This document shows, piece after piece, positions 9,297-18,187 of a DNA stretch of 32,000 bases (positions are counted from its first letter, which is position 1; each line of letters opens with the position of its first letter). The notes beneath the pieces are model-generated. The model worked only from the letters and a program-made list of their open reading frames with translations. It searched no databases and was not told the DNA's origin. The position numbers were made by a program, and so were the translations under genes. This stretch comes from Nitrososphaera viennensis EN76 (lineage in GTDB: Archaea > Thermoproteota > Nitrososphaeria > Nitrososphaerales > Nitrososphaeraceae), in assembly GCF_000698785.1 (NCBI RefSeq), contig NZ_CP007536.1, forward strand, positions 1,050,001 through 1,082,000, in the 5' to 3' direction.

Positions 9297-9622
9297 GACC
9301 AGCCTTCAAACTTTTCAAATATTTTTGGGCTTGCAAGGAGCCAGCCATAATGCCCTTCGTCGTGCACGTAGCGCAGGTCGCGGACCTGAGGCACAAGCCC
9401 ACGCTTGCGGATGGTGAGTATGAACTCGCCCTGAAACGTCATGCCAAGCTTCTTGGCCTTGCCGGTGAGTTTTTCGCCCCGGGGTAAAAGTATACGGAAA
9501 CTAAACTCCTCCTGCCTTTTTTCATAGGCGTCTGCCACCTTGTCTACTGCGGGGCGGATGTCTGCGACGTCGCGCAGGTCGATTGTGGCGATTACTGGAA
9601 AGCCGGCGTATTTTGAGGTCAT
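9293..9622 (-). CDS. hypothetical protein (110 aa)
   Basis: The ATG at 9622-9620 (MTSKYAGFPV...) lies 2 nt after the stop of the upstream reductase gene. The longer track ORF (to 9679) would overlap that gene. No recognisable motif. Confidence 0.55.
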   Translation of the reverse strand: MTSKYAGFPVIATIDLRDVADIRPAVDKVADAYEKRQEEFSFRILLPRGEKLTGKAKKLGMTFQGEFILTIRKRGLVPQVRDLRYVHDEGHYGWLLASPKIFEKFEGWS

Positions 9623-9624
9623 TA

Positions 9625-11079
9625 TTACTTGTACTTGGCAAACGCTTCCTGCAGCATGCCGTGGAGCGTCTTTTGCCACGCGGAAAAGCCGTCGGGCGTC
9701 TCGGGGTAGTTGAAGTAGTGGTCCGTGAGCTTTTTGTTGATGTTGGCGCAGTAGCGCAGGTCCTCTGCAAGTTTCTTGTTCATGGCACCCCTTATCATCA
9801 TGCCCAGCTTGTCGACCGTGCTGAACTCTGGGTGCTCGCCCTTGGTTATCTTGTCGATGTCCATCTTTGACAAAAAGTGCTTCATGCCATAGTTTATCTG
9901 GTCGTTCGTCAGGCCCTGCAGCATCCTCCTGAACACTTCGAGGCCGGCCGTCTTGTAGCCATAGTCGTTAATGAAATGCTTGTTATACTTCCACAGGTTG
10001 CGCTCTGAAGTGTCGTTGGCCTCTATCGCCTCGACGGCGTCCTTGCCTGCGATTGTCGCGGCGATTATCGCCGGGCCGATGCCTCCCGCATCAAGCGGCT
10101 TGGGCATCCAAGCCGAGTCGCCCACCAGCATGTAGCCGTTTGACACCATGCAGTCGTTCTGGCGCCTTACAGACACCTGCCACGTGCCCCACGCGTTGCC
10201 GTCGTCCATCTCCCCGTCTGCAAGCGTCGGGTTCTTTATGGCCGGGTTTGCCTGCACGTACTCGTTTATGAGCGTTGTAAGGTTCGGGTTTACGCCCATC
10301 TCCTTGTTGCGCGCCTCAAACGCCTTTTGCTGCACGCCAAGGCCGATATTGACCTTGGTCTTGCCCTTTGGAAAGACCCAGCCATAGCCTCCCGGCGCAA
10401 GCTTTTGATCCAGATGAATGATGCAGTAATCCGGATCGAAATAGGTCTTGTCGTCGTTTGCAAGCTCGAAATTGTAGATATAGCGGCCTGTTGCTTCAAG
10501 GTCGTCGCGGTCGATCCTGCGCTCGATGTACGACTTTATCGGAAAGTTTGTGCGGAGCACAGAGGTTACGCCCGTGCAGTCGACTACCAGCCTGGCAGTC
10601 TTCTTGAAGGGAGCCTTGTTGGCAAGATCCTCGCCCTCGACCCCAATCACGGCGTTGTCCTCAATAATGAGAGAGCGTATCGCGACGCGTTCTTTGAACT
10701 CGACTCCCATCTTTTTGCAATCTGCCATCTGGCGCTGCGGGAGCATCTTGCGGTTCAGGATGTATCCTTCGCCGTCAAACGCGACCCGGGTCTCGTGGTC
10801 CGGCGAGAACGCGACCACTCCTTTGACAGGGTGCTCGATCTCCGGATTGCCCCAGTTGATGTGGATGCGCTCTGCCATATAGTCGACGGTGTTCTTGCCC
10901 ACCGCGTCGCCGCACACCCAGCCGGAGATAGTCTTCATTCCCTGCTGGGGAAAAGTGTTCCTGTCGATTACCAGTATTTTCAGTTTTTGCTTGGAATAAT
11001 ACGCGGCAGAGGTGCCGACTATCATGCCTGCAAGGCCGCCGCCTGCCACGATAATGTCATAGTCACGCTGTCCGGACAT
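9625..11079 (-). CDS. geranylgeranyl reductase family FAD-dependent oxidoreductase (archaeal lipid saturation type)
   Basis: N-terminal YDIIVAGGGLAGMIVG dinucleotide fold. GGYGWVFPKG and LVGDSAWMPKPLDAGGIGPA are typical of GGR-family flavoproteins. 484 aa. Confidence 0.85.
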   Translation of the reverse strand: MSGQRDYDIIVAGGGLAGMIVGTSAAYYSKQKLKILVIDRNTFPQQGMKTISGWVCGDAVGKNTVDYMAERIHINWGNPEIEHPVKGVVAFSPDHETRVAFDGEGYILNRKMLPQRQMADCKKMGVEFKERVAIRSLIIEDNAVIGVEGEDLANKAPFKKTARLVVDCTGVTSVLRTNFPIKSYIERRIDRDDLEATGRYIYNFELANDDKTYFDPDYCIIHLDQKLAPGGYGWVFPKGKTKVNIGLGVQQKAFEARNKEMGVNPNLTTLINEYVQANPAIKNPTLADGEMDDGNAWGTWQVSVRRQNDCMVSNGYMLVGDSAWMPKPLDAGGIGPAIIAATIAGKDAVEAIEANDTSERNLWKYNKHFINDYGYKTAGLEVFRRMLQGLTNDQINYGMKHFLSKMDIDKITKGEHPEFSTVDKLGMMIRGAMNKKLAEDLRYCANINKKLTDHYFNYPETPDGFSAWQKTLHGMLQEAFAKYK

Positions 11080-11177
11080 TGTTGCCTGCTAGCGAAAACA
11101 GGCCAAAACGCTATTTAAAGTGTTGGAGACTCGAAACGCAGAATAATAATGGATGACAGTGCAGGAATGAGGGAGAG

Positions 11178-11894
11178 ATGTCCAAGCAGCCGTTCGTGTT
11201 CTTTGACCTCGGCCAGACGCTGGTCACGGAATGGGATTTCATCAACCACTTTGACGGCAAGTTCTTGGAATTGTTAAACGGCTATGGCGCAAGGATTGAC
11301 ATGCGCAACTACCGCGCTGTTCGCGACAACATAATCCGCGATCGCAGGATAGGAAATGGAAGCGTAAGAGAGCTCGTAATCGAGATCTGCAGGGCCATTC
11401 TGCCCTCCGGCTATGAAAATGCAATAGTGCGGAGGATAGACCCAGAAGTCAAGGCGGGCAGGAAAGAGTTGTTCCGGTTTGCAGACGGCGCAGAGCAGGT
11501 TGTAAAGGAACTGTCGCAAAATAAAAAATGCGACCTTGGCATAATCGCAAACCAGTCGGAAGACATTGTCTCGCTCTTGCAGGGCGCAGGCCTTGACAAG
11601 TACTTTAAAGTCACGGCGATATCAGGAGCAGTCAGGATGAAAAAGCCTGACCCGCGCATATTCCAGCTTGCACTGAAAGAGGCAGGAAGGGAGGCGCAGG
11701 AATGCATCATGGTAGGAGACAGGCTTGACACAGACGTGTGCCCGGCAAACAGGCTGGGCATGGCCACGATAAGGGTCACCGATTCGCTCTTTGCGCTGCA
11801 AGAACCCCGCGAGGACTGCGAGCGCCCGGCCTACACTATTGCCAAACTGACCGAAGTCCCGGCGACGGTGGAAAAAATTATTAGCAGAAAATAG
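11178..11894 (+). CDS. HAD-superfamily hydrolase
   Basis: FFDLGQTLV (motif I-like), KKPDPRIF, and MVGDRLDTDV (motif IV). 238 aa. Confidence 0.8.
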   Translation: MSKQPFVFFDLGQTLVTEWDFINHFDGKFLELLNGYGARIDMRNYRAVRDNIIRDRRIGNGSVRELVIEICRAILPSGYENAIVRRIDPEVKAGRKELFRFADGAEQVVKELSQNKKCDLGIIANQSEDIVSLLQGAGLDKYFKVTAISGAVRMKKPDPRIFQLALKEAGREAQECIMVGDRLDTDVCPANRLGMATIRVTDSLFALQEPREDCERPAYTIAKLTEVPATVEKIISRK

Positions 11895-11927
11895 CAAAGA
11901 CAAGATGTGCTGCGCGCAACGGTCAAG

Positions 11928-12221
11928 ATGCTAAAAAGCACACACAGGCACCCTGCCAACAGGGCGCTTCACGCAGCCGGCCTTCCGATATACGCGTACG
12001 GCATTGCCATGATTATCAGTTATTTTGCGGGCGCAGGCACCACTACTACTATTGCGGACGCCTTGCTGGGGCTTGGCCTGTGGGCCGTTGCGGTTTCCAT
12101 GTTTGTTGCAGGCCATGCAATAGAGGGCAACGTCAGGTCCATGACGCCCGTGCTGCTTGCCCGGCTTGTCTCCCGCTCACTCCATCATCTTGCCAAGCAG
12201 CGCGTCCATCTCTTGCGCTGA
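11928..12221 (+). CDS. small membrane protein, DUF962/Mpo1-like
   Basis: HRHPANRALHAAGLPIY and FVAGHAIEGN resemble the DUF962 signature. Two or three TM helices. ATG at 11928 (track start GTG at 11907). The 3' end overlaps the convergent HIT gene by 45 nt. Confidence 0.5.
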   Translation: MLKSTHRHPANRALHAAGLPIYAYGIAMIISYFAGAGTTTTIADALLGLGLWAVAVSMFVAGHAIEGNVRSMTPVLLARLVSRSLHHLAKQRVHLLR

Positions 12222-12608
12222 CAGCCTTGGCCTGTTCTTGAACATCGAGTGCACCGGGCCGGCTCCGTCGCCAGGCTTTCTAGGTATGATGTGGACGTGT
12301 ACGTGCGGTACCTCCTGCCCTGCTTCTTTTCCGTTGTGGACTGCGATCGTTGACGCGCTCGTGCCGGCCGCAGACTCGATCCTGCCGGTGATTTTATGCA
12401 CGAGATCAAAAACCGCCCGAGCGTCGGGCGCTCCCATGTCCTGGATTTTTTGGAAATGCGCCTTTGGCACAACGAGTACATGGCCTGCGGCAAGCGGAAA
12501 GGCATCGAGAAACGCCATCGCCCTGTCGTTTTGCTTCACGACCCTCGCAGGGATCTGGCCCGACACTATCTTGCAAAAGATGCAGTTTGAATCTTGATGC
12601 AGCATCAC
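12177..12608 (-). CDS. HIT-family (histidine triad) nucleotide hydrolase/transferase
   Basis: HVHVHIIPR histidine triad, and N-terminal CIFCKIV typical of HINT proteins. GTG at 12608 or ATG at 12605. Confidence 0.9.
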   Translation of the reverse strand: MMLHQDSNCIFCKIVSGQIPARVVKQNDRAMAFLDAFPLAAGHVLVVPKAHFQKIQDMGAPDARAVFDLVHKITGRIESAAGTSASTIAVHNGKEAGQEVPHVHVHIIPRKPGDGAGPVHSMFKNRPRLSAQEMDALLGKMME

Positions 12609-12633
12609 ACGCGTTATTTGGAGCGGGAAGATA

Positions 12634-14034
12634 TTAACCCGCCGGCTTTAACAACAGGCGTGCAAGTTTTGCCTTTTGCGCCACGTACTGACCTGCGCCC
12701 TTTTCAATTGCGACTGACGGCGCGCCCTTTTTTGCGATAAAGCCGATCCTTTCGGGAGCAAAGTGGTGCTGGCGCAGCTCCTCTGCCACGAGGTTCAGCA
12801 CATCCTTTGTGCCGACTATAATGTGGCAGCCGTGCTGCGACGCAGTCGAGTTTTCCACGAGCGACTCTTTTGTGGCAAGCCTTGCAATCTCGTCATGCCT
12901 TACAGGAAGCTCGTTTACCGCAATGTGGGCGCTTGCCAGTTCTGCAAGGGCGCCTAGTGCAAATACGCCTCTTGCGCCTACAGGGTAGACGGCGGTGATG
13001 TGCGCGCCCCTATCGTACCCTTGCCCAAAGTCAGGGCAGTATTTTGAGACTATCTTGCCCAGCGCAAAGTGGGGCTCGCTCATGCTCTTTAGCGCCTCGT
13101 CCCTTGCCGCTGTCAGGTCAGGCAGGGAGACGCCGGCCTGCTCGAATTTTGCAGCATTGGCAGGGTCGGAAAGCGCAAGGGCGTGCAGGCTGACTGCCGC
13201 AAGCCCGCCAAACTTATTTGTTATCATTACTTCCATCCCCTCCTCCACCTGCTCGTAGCGCGTCGGGAGCTCCTTGTTCGTAATCGCGACTGCGCTTGTG
13301 CCGTAGAACAGCCTGCCGCGCTTGAGCGAGCTATAGTCTTCCATGACAAGGTTGTAGCGCGACATGAACGCGTCGAGGTTCGTGCGGATCCTGTCGAGCA
13401 TCTCTTCGGCAGGCGCATCGTATATGGGAAAGAACTTGAACAGCGCCGAGTTGCCGCAGCCAAGCAGGTTCAGGCGCTCTATCGCGTCGGTCAGCGCGAT
13501 CTTGACGTGCACTTCGTCGTCTGGCGCTTTTATGATGTCTGTCACCTGCTCAAACGACGACAGCGCAGGCATGTAGCCGTCCTTGTTGCCGCGGCGCAAT
13601 TCAATGTAATCGAGCAGTGCAAACTGGGCGTCAGGATGCTCTGTGGTTGCAACAGGTGCGCTTGTCACGGCCACCTTGGCCCGGAAAACCGAAAAGAACT
13701 TGCCCAGCGTTTCTGCAAGCACCTGCGGAGACTCGGCAGCGGCAGAGTGCACGCGCAGCATCGCAAGCGCCCTCTTGACCTCCACCTCCTTGTCCACGAC
13801 AGGGTTTACTGGATCATAGACGCGCCTTGTCAGCTCGGGCTCTTTTCCTTCGATATGGAAGTAAGTGTCGAACCAGAAAGGCGATGTTATCTTTATCGTG
13901 CTGCGCCTGACCTCCGCAAGCGCGCTCTTCACAATATGCGGGTCTGCCTCCAGCGAGCAGGGCGAAGCCCAGCGCAGCGGATCGGCGCCCAGCTTCCTGT
14001 ATTGCTCTACATTTTGCCAAAAATTATTAGACAA
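12634..14034 (-). CDS. hypothetical protein, weak PurM/SelD/HypE-like (AIR-synthase-related) features
   Basis: 466-aa ORF with a TTG start at 14034. The segments ALTDAIERLNLLGCGNSALFKFFPIYDAP and YGTSAVAITNKELPTRYEQVEEGMEVMITNKFGGLAAVSL resemble the subunit-interface and C-domain-entry segments of SelD/PurM-fold proteins. I could not see the canonical N-terminal Asp-rich ATP motifs. Confidence 0.55.
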   Translation of the reverse strand: MSNNFWQNVEQYRKLGADPLRWASPCSLEADPHIVKSALAEVRRSTIKITSPFWFDTYFHIEGKEPELTRRVYDPVNPVVDKEVEVKRALAMLRVHSAAAESPQVLAETLGKFFSVFRAKVAVTSAPVATTEHPDAQFALLDYIELRRGNKDGYMPALSSFEQVTDIIKAPDDEVHVKIALTDAIERLNLLGCGNSALFKFFPIYDAPAEEMLDRIRTNLDAFMSRYNLVMEDYSSLKRGRLFYGTSAVAITNKELPTRYEQVEEGMEVMITNKFGGLAAVSLHALALSDPANAAKFEQAGVSLPDLTAARDEALKSMSEPHFALGKIVSKYCPDFGQGYDRGAHITAVYPVGARGVFALGALAELASAHIAVNELPVRHDEIARLATKESLVENSTASQHGCHIIVGTKDVLNLVAEELRQHHFAPERIGFIAKKGAPSVAIEKGAGQYVAQKAKLARLLLKPAG

Positions 14035-14181
14035 ACCCAGACTCCCCTAGCAATCACTATCTGTAATGAACGAAGTTACACAATATATAGAAAATAACTT
14101 GTTAATAAACAAATTCTTGTACGCCTCACGGGCGAGATTTTACCGGAACAAGTATTATAAGGCGTTCAGAAACGAAGAACC

Positions 14182-14928
14182 ATGTACATGAGGTTTACCG
14201 CTGCACAGGTCGAGCAGCTGGCCAAGGACTTTGAGAGCAAGACAGCCCAGCAGATGCTGGAGTGGGCCCTTGAAAAGTTCGGCCCCAAAGTTGGCCTTGC
14301 CTCGAGTTTCGGGGCAGAGGACGTCGCCATCATCGACATGATGGTCAAGATCAGTAAAGAAAAAACACACGTTTTCACTCTGGAGACAGGTCGCCTCAAC
14401 CAGGAAACCTACGACGTTATGGACGACATTCGCGCCCGCTACGGCATTGGAATAACGGCATACTTTCCAGACCAAAAAGAAGTCGAGGAGATGATAAGGG
14501 CGAGGGGGATGAACCTCATGTACGCAAGCGTCGAGAACAGAAAGCTATGCTGCGAGATACGCAAGGTCCACCCGCTCAACAGGGCGCTTGCAAGCCTGGA
14601 CGGCTGGATAACTGGCCTGCGAAGGGATCAGGCAGCAACGAGGGCCGACACGAAAAAGATAGAAATTGACAGCGCGCACGGCGGCATAATCAAGCTAAAC
14701 CCGATAGCAGACTGGACGTCTGAAATGGTCTGGGACTATATCAAAAAGAACAACGTCCCATACAACAAGCTGCACGACATGGGCTACCCAAGCATCGGCT
14801 GCGAGCCGTGCACGAGGGCGGTAGAGCCAGGAGAGGACCCGCGCGCAGGTAGGTGGTGGTGGGAAAACGCCGCGCACAAAGAGTGCGGGCTCCACTTTGA
14901 CCCGGTGAAAATGAAGAAGAAAAAGTGA
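14182..14928 (+). CDS. cysH: adenylylsulfate (APS)/PAPS reductase, Fe-S type
   Basis: Catalytic C-terminal KECGLH. CC (LCCEIRK) plus CxxC (GCEPCT) cysteine pairs, characteristic of [4Fe-4S] APS reductases. TATTATAA box about 25 nt upstream of the ATG. Confidence 0.9.
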   Translation: MYMRFTAAQVEQLAKDFESKTAQQMLEWALEKFGPKVGLASSFGAEDVAIIDMMVKISKEKTHVFTLETGRLNQETYDVMDDIRARYGIGITAYFPDQKEVEEMIRARGMNLMYASVENRKLCCEIRKVHPLNRALASLDGWITGLRRDQAATRADTKKIEIDSAHGGIIKLNPIADWTSEMVWDYIKKNNVPYNKLHDMGYPSIGCEPCTRAVEPGEDPRAGRWWWENAAHKECGLHFDPVKMKKKK

Positions 14929-14946
14929 GGATGATAGTAGTAAAAT

Positions 14947-16074
14947 ATGGCTTTGCAACCACACGGCGGAAGGCTGGTAAGCAGGTTCTCAAATTCAAGC
15001 CTTGACGGCATGCTTGCTGTCGAGGTTTCAAATGACCTGAGAAGCGACATCGAGAACATTGCCGACGGCATTTTCAGCCCCCTCGAGGGCTTTGTCGGCC
15101 AGGACGACTTTGGCAGCATCGTAAAGACAGGCAGGCTGAAAAGCGGCCTTGCATGGACGGTCCCGATAGTGCTCGACCTTGACGAGCAGGCCGCAAAAAG
15201 CGCCAGGCAGGCCGGCGAGATCGCACTTGCAGTCTCGGGAGAAAAGTTTGCGTCCCTGAAAATAGAGGAGGTATACACGTTTGACAGGCTTGCCTCTGCC
15301 AAGGCAGTCTATGGCACCGACGACCCCAACCACCCGGGAGTTGCCAAGATGGCAAACATGAAGAGCCACCTTGTAGGCGGCAGGATAGAGGTTTCAAAGA
15401 GAATTCCACAGGGTCAGATAAGGAAGTACAGAAAGACGCCAAAGGATACGAGAGAGGAGATGGCGCAGCGCGGCTGGAAGACAGTAGTCGGCTTTCAAAC
15501 GCGAAACGTGCCGCACGTTGCGCACGAGATGCTGCAAAAGGCCGCGCTCAACCTGTACGACGGGCTTTTCGTGAACCCGCTCATCGGCAAGAAAAAGCAG
15601 GGCGATTTCAAGGACGAGGTGATACTTTCTGCATACGAGACTCTCATCAACAACTATTACCCAAAGGACCGCGCCATGTTCGTCACCTTGCATACAGAGA
15701 TGAGGTATGCCGGGCCCAAGGAGGCGATACACCATGCAATCATGAGAAAGAACTTTGGCTGCACGCACTTTATTGTCGGGCGCGACCACGCCGGGGTCGG
15801 CAGCTACTACCACCCCTTTGCAGCACACGAGATATTCAAGGACTACCCCGACATAGAGATACAGCCGGTGTTCTTTCCAGCGTTCTACTACTGCAAGAAA
15901 TGCCTCAGCTATGCCAACGAGCGCAACTGCCCCCACGGCCCCGAGGTCAGGGAGGAATTGAGCGGCACAAAGATGAGAAAGATGGTCAGCTCCGGCGAGA
16001 TACCGGCGGAGCACCTGATGAGGCCGGAAATATCAAAGCTGATAGTGTCGTTCAAGGAACCTTTTGTGTCCTAG
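14947..16074 (+). CDS. sat: sulfate adenylyltransferase (ATP sulfurylase)
   Basis: GFQTRNVPHVAHE (QxRNxxHxxH) and VGRDHAGVG motifs. 375 aa. Starts 18 nt after cysH. Confidence 0.92.
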   Translation: MALQPHGGRLVSRFSNSSLDGMLAVEVSNDLRSDIENIADGIFSPLEGFVGQDDFGSIVKTGRLKSGLAWTVPIVLDLDEQAAKSARQAGEIALAVSGEKFASLKIEEVYTFDRLASAKAVYGTDDPNHPGVAKMANMKSHLVGGRIEVSKRIPQGQIRKYRKTPKDTREEMAQRGWKTVVGFQTRNVPHVAHEMLQKAALNLYDGLFVNPLIGKKKQGDFKDEVILSAYETLINNYYPKDRAMFVTLHTEMRYAGPKEAIHHAIMRKNFGCTHFIVGRDHAGVGSYYHPFAAHEIFKDYPDIEIQPVFFPAFYYCKKCLSYANERNCPHGPEVREELSGTKMRKMVSSGEIPAEHLMRPEISKLIVSFKEPFVS

Positions 16075-16457
16075 CTTTTCAAAAGAGGCAATATCTTTTC
16101 CAGGATTATCTCCTCGTGGTCGGCCACGACGTCGAACGAGACCAGGAGGCAGTGGTTGCCCGGGTCGCGCACAGGTATCGTTGCCCGCTTGACCCGCTCG
16201 TACAGCGCAAACGAATAGACGGTTGGGCCCAGCTTGCTCTCAAGGGTCAAGCGAGTTCCCATCCTCAATATCGACTGCGTCGCCGACAGCTCGGACTCTT
16301 CCTTTGTCAGCAGAGGTTGGACGTTCTTGCGGTACTGTGACGCCACCATCTTGCCAAGCTGGTCGGCGACGCCGGCAAAGCGCACGTACGAGTCTGCTTC
16401 AAGTATTCTGAGGCACAGCGCGTTGTAATCGACCAAATAAGTCAAAAGCGAAATCAT
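16071..16457 (-). CDS. hypothetical protein, possibly roadblock/LC7-like fold
   Basis: 128 aa. ATG at 16457. Its alpha/beta pattern (VRFAGVADQLGKMV...LLVSFD) recalls small thaumarchaeal roadblock-like paralogs. This is pattern recall only. Confidence 0.5.
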   Translation of the reverse strand: MISLLTYLVDYNALCLRILEADSYVRFAGVADQLGKMVASQYRKNVQPLLTKEESELSATQSILRMGTRLTLESKLGPTVYSFALYERVKRATIPVRDPGNHCLLVSFDVVADHEEIILEKILPLLKS

Positions 16458-16528
16458 TGTTGTGAATAATTAAGTTAACGGTAAGAAGAGGATTTGGAAA
16501 AAAGAGAGGGGAGAGGGCGCGCCTTCCT

Positions 16529-17572
16529 CTAGTTGACGCCCGGGAGGTTGTTGTTTGCCGAGTTGTACGCCTTGGCGTCCGTGAAGAGCAGGAAGGTGAA
16601 GAACACCGGCTGCGTCGGGTTGTCCACGGACCACGGAGTTGACTGCGGCTTTGGCTCTGGCGCGTTTACGCCCCATTCTGCCAGCTTGGAGTAGTCAACT
16701 GGCGGCGGGTTTGTCAGCGACGGGTCGTCTGCAAGCGGCGTAAAGCTCTGCGCCTGCTCTGACGTGAGCGGGCCTATCCCGCCGGGAAGCTGTACCCCGC
16801 TTGGGACGTTCACTAGGAACAGGAGCACTACAAGCGGCGTGCCGTCGTTGTTCTGCATGTCAGAGTAGAACCCCTTCTCGTCGACTGCTTTTCCCACCAT
16901 CAGGTGCATGAATATGTTCTCTGCAACCAGCTTGCCGCCGTCAGTCTCGTCGTAGACGTTTGCGTGTCCGTACACCACCACCTTGTTCCAGAACAGGGGC
17001 ACGTCGGCCCTGTCTATCATAGAGTGGCCGTGCTGGTACTGGTCAAACGTCACGCCGTTTCCGGGGAGGAGAAAGTCAGGCGTCCTTGTAGGGAGGGGCG
17101 TCTGGGCAGGGTCGTCGTTGTTCCACTTTGTGTCGACCATCACGACCTTGTACCTGTGGCCCTTGACCTGGTGGTCGCCGTAGGTGATTGGCGCGGTGTA
17201 CGTGGCAACAAACTTGTTGTCGCCCGGCTCGCCGTTCTCTTTAAAGACGCCCTTGAAACTTGCATCTGTCTGGACGCCGCAGGTTATTGCGTCGCCGCAG
17301 GAGAAGGTGTCGTTGAAGAACGGAAAGATGCCGCCTGGGCCAAACACGTTCGTCTTGCCCGCGTTGGGCTCGTACAGCGCTGAACTGCCTGCAAAAGCCT
17401 TGACGTATGGCTGCTGCACCATGTCTGCCGCTTCCGCGTCCGTAGCTATCATCCTTGTGGATGATGAGCTGATGGCGATTACCGCCGGGACCATTGCAAC
17501 AAGCGAGGCTGCAAAGACCGTGGCGATAATGACATTAGCCTTGATTTTGCCGTTACCGTCGCGAAGATTCAT
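16529..17572 (-). CDS. secreted/membrane-anchored hypothetical protein
   Basis: 347 aa. N-terminal signal anchor KANVIIATVFAASLVAMVPAVIAISSS. ATG at 17572, with TATAAA (17594-17599) about 25 nt upstream. Confidence 0.65.
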   Translation of the reverse strand: MNLRDGNGKIKANVIIATVFAASLVAMVPAVIAISSSSTRMIATDAEAADMVQQPYVKAFAGSSALYEPNAGKTNVFGPGGIFPFFNDTFSCGDAITCGVQTDASFKGVFKENGEPGDNKFVATYTAPITYGDHQVKGHRYKVVMVDTKWNNDDPAQTPLPTRTPDFLLPGNGVTFDQYQHGHSMIDRADVPLFWNKVVVYGHANVYDETDGGKLVAENIFMHLMVGKAVDEKGFYSDMQNNDGTPLVVLLFLVNVPSGVQLPGGIGPLTSEQAQSFTPLADDPSLTNPPPVDYSKLAEWGVNAPEPKPQSTPWSVDNPTQPVFFTFLLFTDAKAYNSANNNLPGVN

Positions 17573-17575
17573 TGG

Positions 17576-17670
17576 GCGTGCTTTTGCTCCGGCTATAAAG
17601 GATTTTTCCCCAATTCACACCCAATTTACTCCCCAATTGCGGACAACTTTATAACCACCCAAAAGCACGC
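17576..17670. promoter_or_regulatory. symmetric divergent promoter/operator
   Basis: GCGTGCTTTTG at 17576-17586 and its exact reverse complement at 17660-17670. Each lies between a TATA-like box (17594-17599; 17648-17654) and the adjacent start codon. Three CCCAATT copies (17609, 17620, 17632) sit at 11-12 bp spacing in the centre. Confidence 0.55.
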
Positions 17671-17674
17671 AATT

Positions 17675-18100
17675 TTGTCGATGTTTCTAACGGCGGGCAT
17701 TTCGGGCATCATTGGCCTCATTACCATCACCTTTCGCCTGCCGTCGTCATTTCTTCTGCGCGCGTCGCCCGGCAGCGGCCCTGCGGGGCAGGGCGGCGGA
17801 TATATCGACCCGCGCTTCAAGCGCGTGCTGTGGTACCTGATAGCAAGCAGCAGGGGAGGCGTCAACCGCGCCAAGATAATCGACATGCTAAACGGCCGGC
17901 CGGCAAACGCAAACCAGATCGCGTCGGAACTGAAACTCGACTACAAGACCGTGCTCCACCACCTCAAGGTGCTCACGGAAAACGGCATGATAATCACCGA
18001 GAACAAAGAGATGTACGGCGCCACCTACTTTCTGACGCCGCTCATGGAAAAGAACTATGCGTCGTTCCAGGAGATACTGGCCAGGGTAAAGAAGGGGTGA
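17675..18100 (+). CDS. ArsR-type winged-helix regulator with hydrophobic N-terminal segment
   Basis: AKIIDMLNGRPANANQIASELKLDYKTVLHHLKVLTENGMI is a typical ArsR/wHTH core. The N-terminus FLTAGISGIIGLITITF looks like a TM helix. TTG at 17675, first ATG at 17681. Confidence 0.7.
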   Translation: MSMFLTAGISGIIGLITITFRLPSSFLLRASPGSGPAGQGGGYIDPRFKRVLWYLIASSRGGVNRAKIIDMLNGRPANANQIASELKLDYKTVLHHLKVLTENGMIITENKEMYGATYFLTPLMEKNYASFQEILARVKKG

Positions 18101-18187
18101 TTGCCACTGGGGAGGGGGGCGTGCTTCCAGGGGAACACGGCAATTCCCGGTTACTTCTTTTATACTCAATTTGGTTCCAGGCCTACG

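Noticed and set aside
9623-9679. Upstream extension of the 9293 ORF (MAKDAPRHAAGSVCQVQVI).
   Set aside because: It overlaps the 3' end of the geranylgeranyl reductase gene. The ATG at 9622 sits 2 nt after that gene's stop.
12177-12221. 45-nt convergent overlap of the DUF962-like and HIT genes, and the 62-nt overlap of the 231-aa gene with nth at 31416-31477.
   Set aside because: This is probably ordinary 3'-end overlap in a compact archaeal genome. There is no evidence of a regulatory antisense function.
18101-18187. Weak hairpin GGGAA-N8-TTCCC between the convergent wHTH and DUF3179 genes as a structured terminator.
   Set aside because: The stem is only 5 bp with a large loop. Archaeal termination is adequately explained by the nearby T-rich tract (CTTCTTTTAT).
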